Assembly (NCBI GenBank): GCA_965237415.1
Contig: CBDEFM010000002.1
Coordinates: 768,001 to 832,000 of the forward strand
DNA: 64,000 nucleotides
Direction of reading: 5' to 3'
Origin: Alphaproteobacteria bacterium
GTDB lineage: Bacteria > Pseudomonadota > Alphaproteobacteria > UBA828
Below, piece after piece: positions 35,791 through 46,304 of the stretch. The notes under the pieces were generated by a model that ran no database searches, was not told where the DNA came from, and was given only the letters and a program-made list of their open reading frames with translations. The stretch's first letter is position 1. Every line of letters starts with the position of its first letter. The position numbers were made by a program, and so were the translations under genes.

Positions 35791-36003
35791 TCACTGAGGA
35801 CCGAGATCGCCGTGCGCCACCGGCCGCCCTGCGGCCCACTCGTCAAGGTCCACGACCCTCCACCTCACCGCCCGCTTGCCGATCTTCACCGGTTCCGGGA
35901 ATCGACCGGCGCGCATCTCGCAATAGATCCAGCTGCGCGATACGCCGAACCGCTCTTCGACCTCTTCGCGGCGCAAGAGCTCCCGCACTCCGTTCTCACT
36001 CAT
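35791..36003 (-). CDS. AlpA family transcriptional regulator / excisionase
   Basis: LLRREEVEERFGVSRSWIY..MRAGRFPEPVKIGKRAVRWR..DLDEW. Confidence 0.9.
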   Translation of the reverse strand: MSENGVRELLRREEVEERFGVSRSWIYCEMRAGRFPEPVKIGKRAVRWRVVDLDEWAAGRPVAHGDLGPQ

Positions 36004-36066
36004 CACCAGCCTCCAGTTTCCCCGCCTCCGATGATCTGCTGACACGCCACAGCCACCCCATCGCCG

Positions 36067-36756
36067 CTAAGGCCTTCGAACCACGAGCGGACAATTCACC
36101 TCGGCATCGGTCCGCATGGCCTCGCTCACGCAATCGACGACCGCGCGCCCGTAGTTGTCCCAGATATGGCCGCGCCAGCCGCCGGTGGGGTCGTGCAGCG
36201 GGATGACCTGGAACTGCTGCTCGACCAGCACGCCGAGCAGCAGGAAAGCGGGCAGGCACACCGCCATCGCGAGCGCCGCCAACCGCCGCCCCCAACGCCG
36301 CTCGGCCTTGGCCCAACGATCAAAATCCGCCCGGTGAGTCCCCAGCCCCTCCGACAGCTCCGCCGCCGCCCTGACCGCCCCCACATAGTCCGGGTCCGTC
36401 CCGCCCAACCGCTCCAGCGACCTGACGAGCTTCTCCCATTCCGCCTTGGACGGGCCCGGCTCGCGCTTCATGCCTTCCTCGACCAGCGACGAGACGTAGC
36501 GAACGACCTTCAGAACCTCGCCGAGCGCCTCCGCCTCGCCCGCAGCTGCCGTGCCGGGAGGCCGAGCCGGGCCCGTCTTCGCCTCTCCGCCCGGCTCCGC
36601 ATCGATGTTCCCTGCGACCGATGCACCGCTCTCGGCTTCCGTCCCCTCGTCAACGAGTGGCTCGCCGCCGGATGCATCCCACAGCTCGCCTTGCCGCTCC
36701 CCGTCCTCCGGGGACATCTCCGCGGCTTCTCTCGCGTCATCAGCGCCATCCGGCAT
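36067..36756 (-). CDS. hypothetical single-TM protein of the conjugation region
   Basis: GGAGGAG RBS; acidic N-terminus, one TM helix, C-terminal DPTGGWRGHIWDNYG..C...C. Confidence 0.65.
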   Translation of the reverse strand: MPDGADDAREAAEMSPEDGERQGELWDASGGEPLVDEGTEAESGASVAGNIDAEPGGEAKTGPARPPGTAAAGEAEALGEVLKVVRYVSSLVEEGMKREPGPSKAEWEKLVRSLERLGGTDPDYVGAVRAAAELSEGLGTHRADFDRWAKAERRWGRRLAALAMAVCLPAFLLLGVLVEQQFQVIPLHDPTGGWRGHIWDNYGRAVVDCVSEAMRTDAEVNCPLVVRRP

Positions 36757-36773
36757 CACGGGTCTCCTCCCCA

Positions 36774-38753
36774 TCACTCCACGCCTCCTCTCGCGATCGA
36801 CACCGGCCACCGCAGCCGCCCGCCCGCGCGCCCCTCCGCCGCCGCGCGTTCCTTGCGCAGCACGAACGGGTTGGGATCCGCCAGCCACCGGGCATCCGGG
36901 CGGCGCCAGTAGGGGGCGTGGTGCAGATAGAGCGCATCGCGCGGCATGTCCTTCGCGGCGGCGATCACGTACTGCCGGTCCGGCCCCAGGGTCATCAGCT
37001 CGTCGGGCGTCACCAGCCGCTCGCGGACCAGCGATGTCGACTCGCCGGCCTGCCACTGGGTGTTGGCGGTGACGATGCGGCTCTCGGCGACGGTGCCTGA
37101 CTTGCTCTCGGTCCGGCCTTCGAAGGTGGCGGTGCCGATGGCCCTGGAGAGCTCCTCGGCGCCCTCCGCGTCGGTCCTCGGGAAGCCCAGCACCTGGACC
37201 AGCTCGGCGAGGTGCAACAGCGTCTTGCGGTGCTCCTTGCCCCAGCTCGAATCCAGCGCCGAGATGGACTGTGCAAAGCACCAGAAGTGGACGCCCTTGC
37301 CGGCGGCCATGGTGTAGCCGTCCATGACCGGCTTGAGGAAGCCGATCCGCGGCATCTCGTCGATGACGATCAGCAGGTCCCGCTTCAGCGGCTTGATGCC
37401 GGCCACGGCGTTGGGGATGGCGACCCAGAGGCGCAGCCAGCCCTTGACGTGCTCGATGGTCTCCTCGGGCGCGACCACGAAGAGGTCGGTGTCGCCCTCG
37501 GCCAGCATCAGCGGATCGAAGCTTGAGGTCCGCGTGCTGGCGAGCAGCTCGGGATGGGTGAGGAAGGCGAGCTGATTGGCGATCGTGGTGAAGTTCGATC
37601 CCCCTTCCTCCTTGCCCACCTGGGCCTGGCGCTCGACCGCTATATGGGTGAGCCCCCCGGCGAAGCGATCTGTCCCCTGCACCAGTTCCGCAAACGCCTT
37701 CCTCTGCTCCGGCGCCATCGACAGCATGCGGTGCACGGTCGCGAGCTCGCGTCTCTTCGGGGGCTCCTTGAAACGCACCCAGGCCATGTAGCCGGCGATG
37801 ATCGCGCGTGCGGACTCGTAGAAGTGCCGGCTGTTCTGGTGCGCATCGGCCCGCGGCGGCGTGAGCAGCGCGTCGAGCAGGACGTTGATGTCGCGGACGG
37901 CGAGCCCCTCGTCGTCCCGTATGAATGCCAGCGGATTGTAGGTGGCGCTCCTCACTACGGGCAGATGGCACTGGGGGAACGCGTCCCTGTGGCCCTTCGT
38001 CACGCCGAAGGGATCGAGCAGCAGGACACGGCGGCCCATCTCGCGGCGGCGGCGCGCGGCGATGCACCAGAGCTCGCCGCGCGGGTCGATGATGACGGTC
38101 GACCCGTCGAAGCCCCGGTCTTCGGGCGAGAGCAGGTTGAGCGCGATGGTGGCGCCCTTGCCGGTACGCGGCGGGGCGACGGTGATGGCGGAGCCCTCGA
38201 GGGACCAGCCGATCAACGGTGCGTTGCCGCCACCGCCCCACTGGCCGAGCAGGATGCCCTTGCGCTTCGCGAGGCGGCGCAGGAAGCGGCGCCCGAGCAG
38301 GCTCGCCCTGCCGTGGAGGTCGGACTCGGCGCGCCTCCGCCGGTCTCCGCTCTTCAGATGCCTGAGGCCGGCGAGCGCCACCTCCAGCCAGAGCACGACG
38401 AGCAGCATGACGGCCGGGCCCGGCACGACGAGAACCGCCAGCCCCACCCCGTCCAGCCGGTCCAGCCACGCCATCGCGGCGCCGAACGACGGCGCCCCCT
38501 GCAGCGGCCGGACGATGCCGCTCCAGAACGAGGCGGCGGCGACCGCGAGCGCCCCGCCGTAGAGCCCGAAGCGGAACCAGAGGGCCGAGTCCTTGCGGTC
38601 GGCCGCCATGTAAGCGAGGAACGACGCCCCGAGGCCGAGGCCGAGAGCGGCGGCGGTCGCGTCCTCCGGCCGGTATCCGGTGACCAGCCACGCCGCCCAG
38701 CCGCCGCCGGCGGCGAGGAGAACGAGACACAAGCTCAGCTGGATCGTTCTCAT
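36774..38753 (-). CDS. VirD4/TraG-family type IV coupling protein
   Basis: N-terminal TMs, APPRTGKG Walker A, IIDPRGEL, YNPL, VIDEMP Walker B, FAQSISAL, RERLVTPDEL. Confidence 0.88.
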   Translation of the reverse strand: MRTIQLSLCLVLLAAGGGWAAWLVTGYRPEDATAAALGLGLGASFLAYMAADRKDSALWFRFGLYGGALAVAAASFWSGIVRPLQGAPSFGAAMAWLDRLDGVGLAVLVVPGPAVMLLVVLWLEVALAGLRHLKSGDRRRRAESDLHGRASLLGRRFLRRLAKRKGILLGQWGGGGNAPLIGWSLEGSAITVAPPRTGKGATIALNLLSPEDRGFDGSTVIIDPRGELWCIAARRRREMGRRVLLLDPFGVTKGHRDAFPQCHLPVVRSATYNPLAFIRDDEGLAVRDINVLLDALLTPPRADAHQNSRHFYESARAIIAGYMAWVRFKEPPKRRELATVHRMLSMAPEQRKAFAELVQGTDRFAGGLTHIAVERQAQVGKEEGGSNFTTIANQLAFLTHPELLASTRTSSFDPLMLAEGDTDLFVVAPEETIEHVKGWLRLWVAIPNAVAGIKPLKRDLLIVIDEMPRIGFLKPVMDGYTMAAGKGVHFWCFAQSISALDSSWGKEHRKTLLHLAELVQVLGFPRTDAEGAEELSRAIGTATFEGRTESKSGTVAESRIVTANTQWQAGESTSLVRERLVTPDELMTLGPDRQYVIAAAKDMPRDALYLHHAPYWRRPDARWLADPNPFVLRKERAAAEGRAGGRLRWPVSIARGGVE

Positions 38754-38799
38754 CGGATGTCGACCTCGCTCCTGTTCACGGGATGCATTGCGGGCACGG

Positions 38800-41085
38800 T
38801 CAGCTCCCGGCCCCGCCGCGCCGGCTCCGGGCGCCTATGCGGACGGCGCCGAGGCGCGAGATGCCGCCGACCGCCGCGCCGCCGGTGCGCTCGCTGCCGT
38901 CGTCGCCGGCGCCGGCGCGCCCGCCGATCCAGTCGAGAACGGCGGACGGCAGCAGGTCGATCAGCTTGAAGGAGGCGTTCATCAGGCCGTAGGCGATGAT
39001 GACGTAGAGGGCGAGCATTGCGAGGAAGCCGACCGGCCCGAGGCCGCCGGAGGCGCCGGCGTCGCGCATCTGCGGCAGCCAGACTTCGTTGAAGAGCCCG
39101 ATGCCGGCGAGGAAGACGAAGTAGCCGAGGATGAGGCCGAGCAGCATCAGCGCAGGCCGCAGCACCAGGGCGGGGAGGAACAGCCAGCCCTGGCGCGTCG
39201 CCTGGGTCGTCAGCCTGTTGCCGTCCTCGCGGGTCACGTGGGCGGCGGCAAACACGGTGACCGCCAGCACGGCGACGGCCACGTTGAGGATCCAGCCGAG
39301 GATGCCGAAGAGGAAGCGGATGAAGGGCAATGCCGGCAGCACGTAGGCGAGCACCGCGCCCGCGATGATGAGGAGCCCGAGCAGGGTCGAGACCAGGGCG
39401 TCGGAGACCTGCCAGGCGGACTCGAAGACGTCCAGTCCCTTGCCGATGAAGGGGATCGATTCGAGCAGCCCGGATCCCGTGGCGGCGCCCATGAGCGCGG
39501 CGATCGCCGCCAGCGCAGCGTTGAGCAGGCCGTGACCCAGCGCGGCGAGATCGGCGATGGGGTTGCCGCTGTCGGCGACGATCACGCTGTCGAGGTCGAT
39601 GAACTCGAGCAGGCCCGAGACCATGCCGCCGCTTCCGCCCGCCGCCGGCAGCGCGCCGGCGCCGGCGTTGGCGGCCGAGAGCAGCATGGGATGGTACCGG
39701 GCCGAGCGGGCGAGCTGGGCCGCGACGCCCTTCACCGCCGCGTCGGCCGACGGCACCCACTCCTCGAGGCTCGGGGTGGGCAGCGCCACGGACGGCACGT
39801 TGTGGGCGGCTGCCTGGAAGAGGCCGACGCGGTGGGCGATGGTGTTGAAGAAGCTCGCCGCCGCCATCCAGGATGCCTCGCGCGCGTCCTCGGCGACCAC
39901 CCGGGCGAGCGTCTCGCGCTCCTCGGACGCGGCGCGGGTGAGCGCCGCGTCGAGCGTTCGCGCGTAGGACCCCGCCAGATCCTGCGCAGCCAGCAGCGCG
40001 TCGATGTCGGGAAGCGGGCGGCCGTAGACCGGGGTGCCGGGCACGTAGTGGGCGGCGAGGCGGGCGGCGATGGCGCGGACCGCCGGAAGCAGGCTCGTGA
40101 GCGCCCGCCGGTGGCCTTGCGCCGCGATGCCGGGGGCGCCGTCGGCGTCCAGGCCCGAGAAATGGACGGCGCCGCACATGTCGTCCGGCATCCCGCCGCC
40201 CTCGCCGTCGTAGTGGTACGACACGGTGCCGTCGTCGTCGTCCTCGTCGATCTCCACGTAGGCGTCGTCGCCCGCCAGGGCGGCGCTCTCGTTGGCTGCG
40301 TGGGCGCAAGTCTCGGCGATCAGGGTGCGCGAGATGGCGGCCCGCCAAAGTGCCTCGCGGGGCCGCGGCACGATCGGCCGGCTCTCGGCCAGCGCCTCCT
40401 CGGAGAAGGGCTTCCAGACTGCGTTGGCGAAGTCGCCGCCGAGATGAGCCAATCCAACCACGGCATGCTGGGCGCCGTTCATGCCGCCCGGCAGCGGCGC
40501 CATCAGGGCGATCGCCGTGACGATGCGGACGATCGCCCAGGCGCCGAAGCCGAAGCGCCCCTCGCGCGCGGTATCGACCGTGCCGGCGGCGGCGTGCCAG
40601 ACCAGCAGGAAGCCCGCCAGCACCAGGACGCCGGCGTTGAAGGCGAAGAGCATGTCGCCGACGGCGGACGGGCGCGCCTGGCCGAGGCCGCCCAGGAAGG
40701 AGAGCACGTCGCGGGTCGCGCTGTCCGTGTCGGCGAAGAGGCCCCGGTCGATCGACTGCCCGAACGCCGGCTCCGGCGGCGGGACCGCGGCGAGGGCCAG
40801 GCCGGCGAGCGCCAGGACCGCGAGCAGAAGCAGCAATCCGGAACCGCTCCGGGTGCCTTCGCTCCGAGGCCCGGCACCCGCCGCACGACCCATTCCCGCC
40901 GCTCCGGGGGCCTTCCCCTCGCAGCCGTTCTGCATGACTGCCCGGTTTCCTGCAGCGTTCTCCCGACCGCCGGGCCGTGCCCGCCATGCCCCTTCCAGAT
41001 CCCGGAGCAGTGCAGCAGCCGATCCCACCGCCTCGGCGAGGGGTCGGCCGAGCTCCGGGGCGAACAGGAAGCGGAAGGGGCGCAT
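38800..41085 (-). CDS. dotA: DotA/TraY family inner-membrane protein
   Basis: FNAGVL...TAREG..G.W..VRIV.AIAL..P..GG...AQ; LAYVLPALPFIRF; LRPALMLLG; LIDLLPSAVLDWIGG. Confidence 0.85.
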   Translation of the reverse strand: MRPFRFLFAPELGRPLAEAVGSAAALLRDLEGAWRARPGGRENAAGNRAVMQNGCEGKAPGAAGMGRAAGAGPRSEGTRSGSGLLLLLAVLALAGLALAAVPPPEPAFGQSIDRGLFADTDSATRDVLSFLGGLGQARPSAVGDMLFAFNAGVLVLAGFLLVWHAAAGTVDTAREGRFGFGAWAIVRIVTAIALMAPLPGGMNGAQHAVVGLAHLGGDFANAVWKPFSEEALAESRPIVPRPREALWRAAISRTLIAETCAHAANESAALAGDDAYVEIDEDDDDGTVSYHYDGEGGGMPDDMCGAVHFSGLDADGAPGIAAQGHRRALTSLLPAVRAIAARLAAHYVPGTPVYGRPLPDIDALLAAQDLAGSYARTLDAALTRAASEERETLARVVAEDAREASWMAAASFFNTIAHRVGLFQAAAHNVPSVALPTPSLEEWVPSADAAVKGVAAQLARSARYHPMLLSAANAGAGALPAAGGSGGMVSGLLEFIDLDSVIVADSGNPIADLAALGHGLLNAALAAIAALMGAATGSGLLESIPFIGKGLDVFESAWQVSDALVSTLLGLLIIAGAVLAYVLPALPFIRFLFGILGWILNVAVAVLAVTVFAAAHVTREDGNRLTTQATRQGWLFLPALVLRPALMLLGLILGYFVFLAGIGLFNEVWLPQMRDAGASGGLGPVGFLAMLALYVIIAYGLMNASFKLIDLLPSAVLDWIGGRAGAGDDGSERTGGAAVGGISRLGAVRIGARSRRGGAGS

Positions 41086-41089
41086 GGCC

Positions 41090-42286
41090 TCAGTTCGTGC
41101 CTGCCGCCGGGTTCGCGAGGCCGGGCAGGCGGCGCATCTCTTCGACGCCGAGCGCGAGCGAGGCGGCGTCGATGGCGCCGCGCCGCTCCTCGGTGCGGTA
41201 GCGCTGCCAGTCGAGCATCAGCGAGACCGCCTGCATGACCGCCAGCTCGCGCAGCAGGTTTTCCTGGGACATCGCCTGGAGGCCCACGAACCAGTCGGGG
41301 TCCTCGAAGCGGCGGGCGGCCAGCAGCTCCAGCAACTCGTAGCCGCTGACCGGCGTGTCCGGATCGCGTCCGGAGTCCCGCGCGATCGCGGCAGCCCAGC
41401 CGCCCAGCGCCGCGCCCGGGGCGCGGAGCGCGCGGGCCTGCGCCAGGTAGTCGGCGGCCAGCGCGGCGCGGGCATCCGCCGACCGGGCGAGCAGGACGCG
41501 CCTGCGCTCGCGGTCGGTGTCGGCGGACGAGAGCGGCGGCGGGTCGTGCACCACGGGAGCGGCGAGGTTGCGCGAGAGCTCCACGGCCGCGCGCAGCTCG
41601 TGCTCGCCCGCAAAGGTGCGCCGGTCGAACAGGGTCGCGGCCCGCAGGTCGGCGCCGTGCAGCGCGTCGGCGCCCCGGCAGAGCCCGGACTCCTCGCCGG
41701 CGCGCGCGGCGTTGCAGTAGACGCGCGTCACCGTCTCGAAGCGCGCGGCGTCGCCGGCTGCGGCGCCCGGCCGGTCCACCACCGCGCGGTCGCCGGATAT
41801 GCGCCCGGCCTCGGCCCGGGCGGCGCGCTCCCGCGCACTCTCCGCTGCGGCATGCGTGCCGCCGAGACCGGTCAGTCCCGTGACCGCCTCGCAGGCGCTT
41901 GCGCTCGGCCTCCTGGCCCGCATGGCCTCGGTCTCTGCGGCCTCGCGGGCGATCTGCGCCTGCAGCTTCGTCTGCGAATCCAGCGCGCCGGTGACCGCCT
42001 TGGCGCTCTGCGCGATGTAGCCCGAGAGCTGGCCGGTCTGGAGGCGGAGCGCCTCGATGATGGCGCGTTCCATGGCGTCGATCTCGCGGGTGAGCCCGGT
42101 CAGCACCCGCGTCGCCTCGGCGCGGTCGTTGTCGGTGCGGTCGCAGCGGTGGGCTTCGGCCTCTCCCGGCAACAGCAGCGCGGCCGCCAGCAGCGCCGCC
42201 GCGAACATCGCGGCCACCGGCACCGCGCCGAGGCCCGCGGGTCTGCCGGTCGCGGCCCTTCGGGCCTTGGCCCTTCGGGCCCTCAT
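41090..42286 (-). CDS. IcmX/TraW-like secreted conjugation protein
   Basis: Signal peptide; C-terminal S.YELL...RRFEDPDW...LQ.MSQENLLRELA...ER; located next to dotA. Confidence 0.6.
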   Translation of the reverse strand: MRARRAKARRAATGRPAGLGAVPVAAMFAAALLAAALLLPGEAEAHRCDRTDNDRAEATRVLTGLTREIDAMERAIIEALRLQTGQLSGYIAQSAKAVTGALDSQTKLQAQIAREAAETEAMRARRPSASACEAVTGLTGLGGTHAAAESARERAARAEAGRISGDRAVVDRPGAAAGDAARFETVTRVYCNAARAGEESGLCRGADALHGADLRAATLFDRRTFAGEHELRAAVELSRNLAAPVVHDPPPLSSADTDRERRRVLLARSADARAALAADYLAQARALRAPGAALGGWAAAIARDSGRDPDTPVSGYELLELLAARRFEDPDWFVGLQAMSQENLLRELAVMQAVSLMLDWQRYRTEERRGAIDAASLALGVEEMRRLPGLANPAAGTN

Positions 42287-42801
42287 CGTCCGCCCTCCAC
42301 GACGTCCCGGAACCGCTCGGCCCCGGCCCCGCCCGCCCGGATGTCCTCCAACGCGTCGCGGCGCTCCCAGTCGACGTCGAGGCCGGGAAGGCGCGGCAGC
42401 GGCGCGGTGTAGACGGACGCATCCAGCGCCCGGCCGAGATAGCGGCGGTAGGCGTCGCGGGCGGCCGCGCAGAGGCGCCGGCGCGCGAGGTCGAGGATGT
42501 CGTCCAGCGCCCCCGCGGGGTCGAACAGGATGTCGAAGGCGCGGTAGTCGAACAGGTCGGCGATGCAGGAGAAGTCGAGGATCGAGTCGGGATCGCGGAT
42601 GCCCTGGTCCGGATGACGGATGATCGCGATGTCCGCCTCGACACCCCGCCGGGCGCTCCCGGCAAGCGCCTCGCGCACCTGCGGGTCGCAGCGGACGTCC
42701 GCCGCCGCCGGGCCGCTCGCAGGCGACGGCGGGGCCTGGGCCGCCGCCGGCGCCGCCCACAGCAGGAGAGCGAGCGCCGGCACGATCAGGACCCTATTCA
42801 T
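42283..42801 (-). CDS. secreted Cys-containing conjugation accessory protein
   Basis: Signal peptide; CDP, DSILDFSC and LC; translationally coupled to its neighbours. Confidence 0.55.
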   Translation of the reverse strand: MNRVLIVPALALLLWAAPAAAQAPPSPASGPAAADVRCDPQVREALAGSARRGVEADIAIIRHPDQGIRDPDSILDFSCIADLFDYRAFDILFDPAGALDDILDLARRRLCAAARDAYRRYLGRALDASVYTAPLPRLPGLDVDWERRDALEDIRAGGAGAERFRDVVEGGR

Positions 42802-43189
42802 CGCCGTCGGCGCCGCCGCCGCTATCCGGCCCGCCGTCCGCCGCCGGCTTGCGCGAGAGCACGTTGACCATGCCCTGCGGGCCCGACACCACGACCTCGG
42901 TGACCTGCCTCTTGTTCCCCTCCTTGTCGTCGAACGAGCGGGTGACGAGCCGGCCCTCGACCAGGACCGCCGCGCCCTTGCGCACGAGGTCCTCGGCCGC
43001 CTTGACCGAGCCCCCGTAGACGACGATCCGGTGCCATTCGGTCTTCTCTTCGGCCCCGCCGTCCTTGCCCTTCCATCGCCTCGTGGTGGCGAGATTGAAC
43101 GACGCGGTCCTGTCGCCGCTTTGCAGGGTGCGGCCCTCGGGATCGCCTCCCGCATGGCCCAGCAGCGTCACCCGGTTGATCTGCAACAT
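42794..43189 (-). CDS. ssb: single-stranded DNA-binding protein
   Basis: INRVTLLGHAGGDPE, FNLATTRRWK, EKTEWHRIV, KGAAVLVEGRL.TR. Confidence 0.93.
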   Translation of the reverse strand: MLQINRVTLLGHAGGDPEGRTLQSGDRTASFNLATTRRWKGKDGGAEEKTEWHRIVVYGGSVKAAEDLVRKGAAVLVEGRLVTRSFDDKEGNKRQVTEVVVSGPQGMVNVLSRKPAADGGPDSGGGADGDE

Positions 43190-43209
43190 CGCGTACCTCC
43201 TTTCGCGGT

Positions 43210-46200
43210 TCAGGCCGGCCCCTCCGGGACCGGCAGCGGTGATTCGGATATCCCGGAGAGCTCGTGCGCCGCCGCCCCGGCGATCTCTTCCGCAAGGCGG
43301 TCGAGCACCGCCTCCTCGGAGGCCGCCCGTCCGGCGCCGGGCGCGTCGAGGCGCGCGATCTCGCTCTCGATGCGGCCCCGCGCGGTCCCGGCGGGGAAGG
43401 CGCGGGCCAGCGCCGCCCTGGCCCGGGCCGGCGGCAGCAGGGCGTAGAGGCGGTTGCGCAGCGCCACGTCGGCGGGGCTCGTGGTGAGCGCCCAGAGCTC
43501 GACCGGGCCCGGCGTGTTGACGACGAGCTGCTCGAAACGCCCGCCCGTGCCCGACGCGATCAGCAGCGCCGGCGCGCCGTCCCGGCCGGGGCCGGTGAGC
43601 CGGTAGCGGATTGTTTCGGCCAGGGTGTCGCTCAGGGAGAACATGGCGGCAAGCGCGTCCGCCTCGCGCGCCTTGCCGCCCGAGCCCAGGATCCAGTAGC
43701 GGTTGGCGAGCTCGGCGAGCGCGCCCCCGAAATCTTCCAGGCGCTGCGAGGCCAATGCGAGGCGCACCCGGAGCTTGCGGGCCTCGCGCACGTCGCGCTC
43801 GACCTGGGCACGCACGGCAGGCGCACCGGCGGTGCGGTGGAACTCGTCGTAGCAGAGCCGCTTGGGGGATTCGCGGACATCGCGAAGCCTGGTGGCATGC
43901 CACTCCCGGTAGGGCTCGGGGATGGCGGCGAGCGCGTCCTCGCCGATCCACCAGTGGCGCGTCAGCGCGTGGCGGGCGAGCAGGTAGAAGGCGGCGGACT
44001 GGCGGTCGGCCTCGGCCGAGCCTTGCGGCGCCACCTCGGCGAGGTCGATCGCCGCGAGGCGTGCGCCGCCGACGTCGAAGGCGGTGGGCGAGAACATCAC
44101 CGGCCAGTCGCCGGAGAGCGCAGTCAGGATGCGGATGAAGGCCTGGGTGACGCTCTCGCCGCCGGCGCCGTACCTGGCGTCCCCCACCAGCCCCTGCACG
44201 GCGGGCTCGCGCACCGAGGCGAGCAGGTCGCCCAGCGTCGGCACCGCGTAGCGTTGCGCCCTTGACGCGCCCTCGTGCGCGCCTGCCTGGAACAGCAGGT
44301 CCACCACCTCCCACCACAGCGGGTCCTCGGGGAGGCGCAGGCCGCACGCCGCGATCGCCGCGTCGACCTCTTCGTCGCGCGCTTGCGTGTAGGCGTGGGG
44401 CTCGGCGCCCGGCTCCTTGTCGGAGCGCAGCGCATAGGCGCCCGTGAGCGCCGGGCCGATCAGCTCGCGCATGCCGTCGGGCACGCCGGCGGCGGACCCT
44501 CGGGCCGGACCCGCCGGCGTCACCATCAACCCGAGCAGGTTCATCAGGAAGGCGCGTTCGGCAGGCAGCGGGGCGCGGCAGCCGAGCTGCGTGTCGCAGG
44601 GGTTGATGGCATGCTCCGCCGTCATGCGGAGCGGGAACCAGCCCGCCTCGTGGCGGCGCTCGGGCGGCAGCGCCTCCCGGACCAGGGAGATAAGCCCCGA
44701 CGAGGAGGGGCCGATGTCGATGACCGCGTTCAGGGGCAGCCTTGCCTGACCGCCTTGCAGGCAGAAAGCGAGACCCAAAGCGTTCATCAGCACCGACTTG
44801 CCCTGGCCGGGCAGGCCGTAGATCAGCTCGAAGCCGTAGTCCCCGCCGCCGCCCGCGGCCAGGGCCAGGGGCTTGCCGTCGGGCGAGCGGAAGAGGTGCG
44901 CAGCACCCGCGCGCGCCGCTGACTCCGAGAGGGCGGCGGGGCGGCTCACCGGCAGCAGGCGGAGCGCTTCGGCGAGGGGTGCGAGCGCCGGCTCTGCCGT
45001 TGCCCCGCAGCAGAACCCGGGGACGGAGGCGACGAAACTCTCCAGCGGATCGCCGGTCAGCGGCGTGAACACCGCCTCGCCCCAACCCTCGGCCACCTGC
45101 TGCAGGCGGCTGAGCCGCGCCGCCAGCGCCGCCTCGCCGTCGGCCGGCGCGACCCAGGTGAGCAGCCCGAGGCGGAGCCTGACGATGGCATGGGCGTCGG
45201 CGCCGAGGGCCGCGAGGTCGCGGAGCGCGTTCCGCGCGAGCAGGCTGTCCGAGGACGAGAAGGCGAGGAAGGACGCGGCGACGCGGGCCACGGCGGCATC
45301 GAGGCGGTGCAGCCCGCCGCCCTCGATCAGGAGCGAGAGGCGGCAGGGCAGCCCGGCGGCGGCCAGGACGGCCATCAGCTCGGCGAAGGGGCGCGAATGC
45401 CTTGGCCCGAGGCTCATGTCGAGCGCGCCGTAGAGCCGTGCGCCGATGCGGACGCCGTCGCCGACCCGTTCCGGCTCGCGGACCAGCAGCTGCGGGGCCA
45501 GAGGCGGCGGGAAGGCGCCGGCCTCCGGCGGCTCGCAGACGCGCGCCGGCGCGTCGTTGGTCGCGGTTACCGGGCGCCATTCCGCAGCGGTCGAGGCGGT
45601 TCCGTTCACCATGCGCCGCATGAGCCGGAGCGCGTCCTCCTCGCCGAGCAGGGCGCCGACGATCCCGGTCTCGGCGAGCACGGCATCGAGTGAGTCCAGC
45701 AGCGCCTCGTGGCGCGGCCAGAGATCGTCCAGGGCGAGATGGGGGCACTGCGCCGCGCCGGCGTCCGGCAGCCAATCCTTGAGCCGCTTGCGCAGCCGCC
45801 TGCGATCCCGCTCCAGCCGGTCGCGCGGCAGCACGCCAGGCCGCGTCCAGCAGGCCAGCACCAGGGTCTCGGCCGCGATCAGGGGACCGAGGCGCCTGGC
45901 CCGCTCGGCTAGCAGGTCGCCGAGGTCGAGGCCCAGCCGTTCGCCCTGGCGGCGCGCGGCGTCGGCGTAGGCCTCGGCCAGCGGCGCCGATTCGTCCGGC
46001 GCGCGCTCGAACGTCACGTGGAGCGCATGGCCGGGAAGGGAGAGGGCGGTGTTGAGCCGGCGCGCGGCGAGGTCGACGAAGCGGTCGAGCTCCTGGGCGC
46101 CCATCATCGAGCGGGCGCCGTCGAGGCGCAGCAGCGACACCAGCGAGCCGTCATGGCAGACGAGCGCGCCGCCGCCGCCTTCGAGAGGGACGGCGGCCTG

Positions 46201-46290
46201 GGGCGCCAAGAAACTCTCCAGCGGCTTGCGCCGCAGCGTCCAGCCCAGGCGCTGGAGGTCGTCGATGGCAGCGGCGAGCGAGAACGGCAT
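43210..46290 (-). CDS. icmB: IcmB/DotO/TraU ATPase (VirB4 homologue)
   Basis: DGSLVS, RSPDGK, YGLPGQGKSVLMN, IDIGPSSSGLISL, INPCDTQLGCR.PL, YDEFHRT, REARK, GPVELWALTT. Confidence 0.92.
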   Translation of the reverse strand: MPFSLAAAIDDLQRLGWTLRRKPLESFLAPQAAVPLEGGGGALVCHDGSLVSLLRLDGARSMMGAQELDRFVDLAARRLNTALSLPGHALHVTFERAPDESAPLAEAYADAARRQGERLGLDLGDLLAERARRLGPLIAAETLVLACWTRPGVLPRDRLERDRRRLRKRLKDWLPDAGAAQCPHLALDDLWPRHEALLDSLDAVLAETGIVGALLGEEDALRLMRRMVNGTASTAAEWRPVTATNDAPARVCEPPEAGAFPPPLAPQLLVREPERVGDGVRIGARLYGALDMSLGPRHSRPFAELMAVLAAAGLPCRLSLLIEGGGLHRLDAAVARVAASFLAFSSSDSLLARNALRDLAALGADAHAIVRLRLGLLTWVAPADGEAALAARLSRLQQVAEGWGEAVFTPLTGDPLESFVASVPGFCCGATAEPALAPLAEALRLLPVSRPAALSESAARAGAAHLFRSPDGKPLALAAGGGGDYGFELIYGLPGQGKSVLMNALGLAFCLQGGQARLPLNAVIDIGPSSSGLISLVREALPPERRHEAGWFPLRMTAEHAINPCDTQLGCRAPLPAERAFLMNLLGLMVTPAGPARGSAAGVPDGMRELIGPALTGAYALRSDKEPGAEPHAYTQARDEEVDAAIAACGLRLPEDPLWWEVVDLLFQAGAHEGASRAQRYAVPTLGDLLASVREPAVQGLVGDARYGAGGESVTQAFIRILTALSGDWPVMFSPTAFDVGGARLAAIDLAEVAPQGSAEADRQSAAFYLLARHALTRHWWIGEDALAAIPEPYREWHATRLRDVRESPKRLCYDEFHRTAGAPAVRAQVERDVREARKLRVRLALASQRLEDFGGALAELANRYWILGSGGKAREADALAAMFSLSDTLAETIRYRLTGPGRDGAPALLIASGTGGRFEQLVVNTPGPVELWALTTSPADVALRNRLYALLPPARARAALARAFPAGTARGRIESEIARLDAPGAGRAASEEAVLDRLAEEIAGAAAHELSGISESPLPVPEGPA

Positions 46291-46304
46291 GACGCGAGCG
46301 CCTC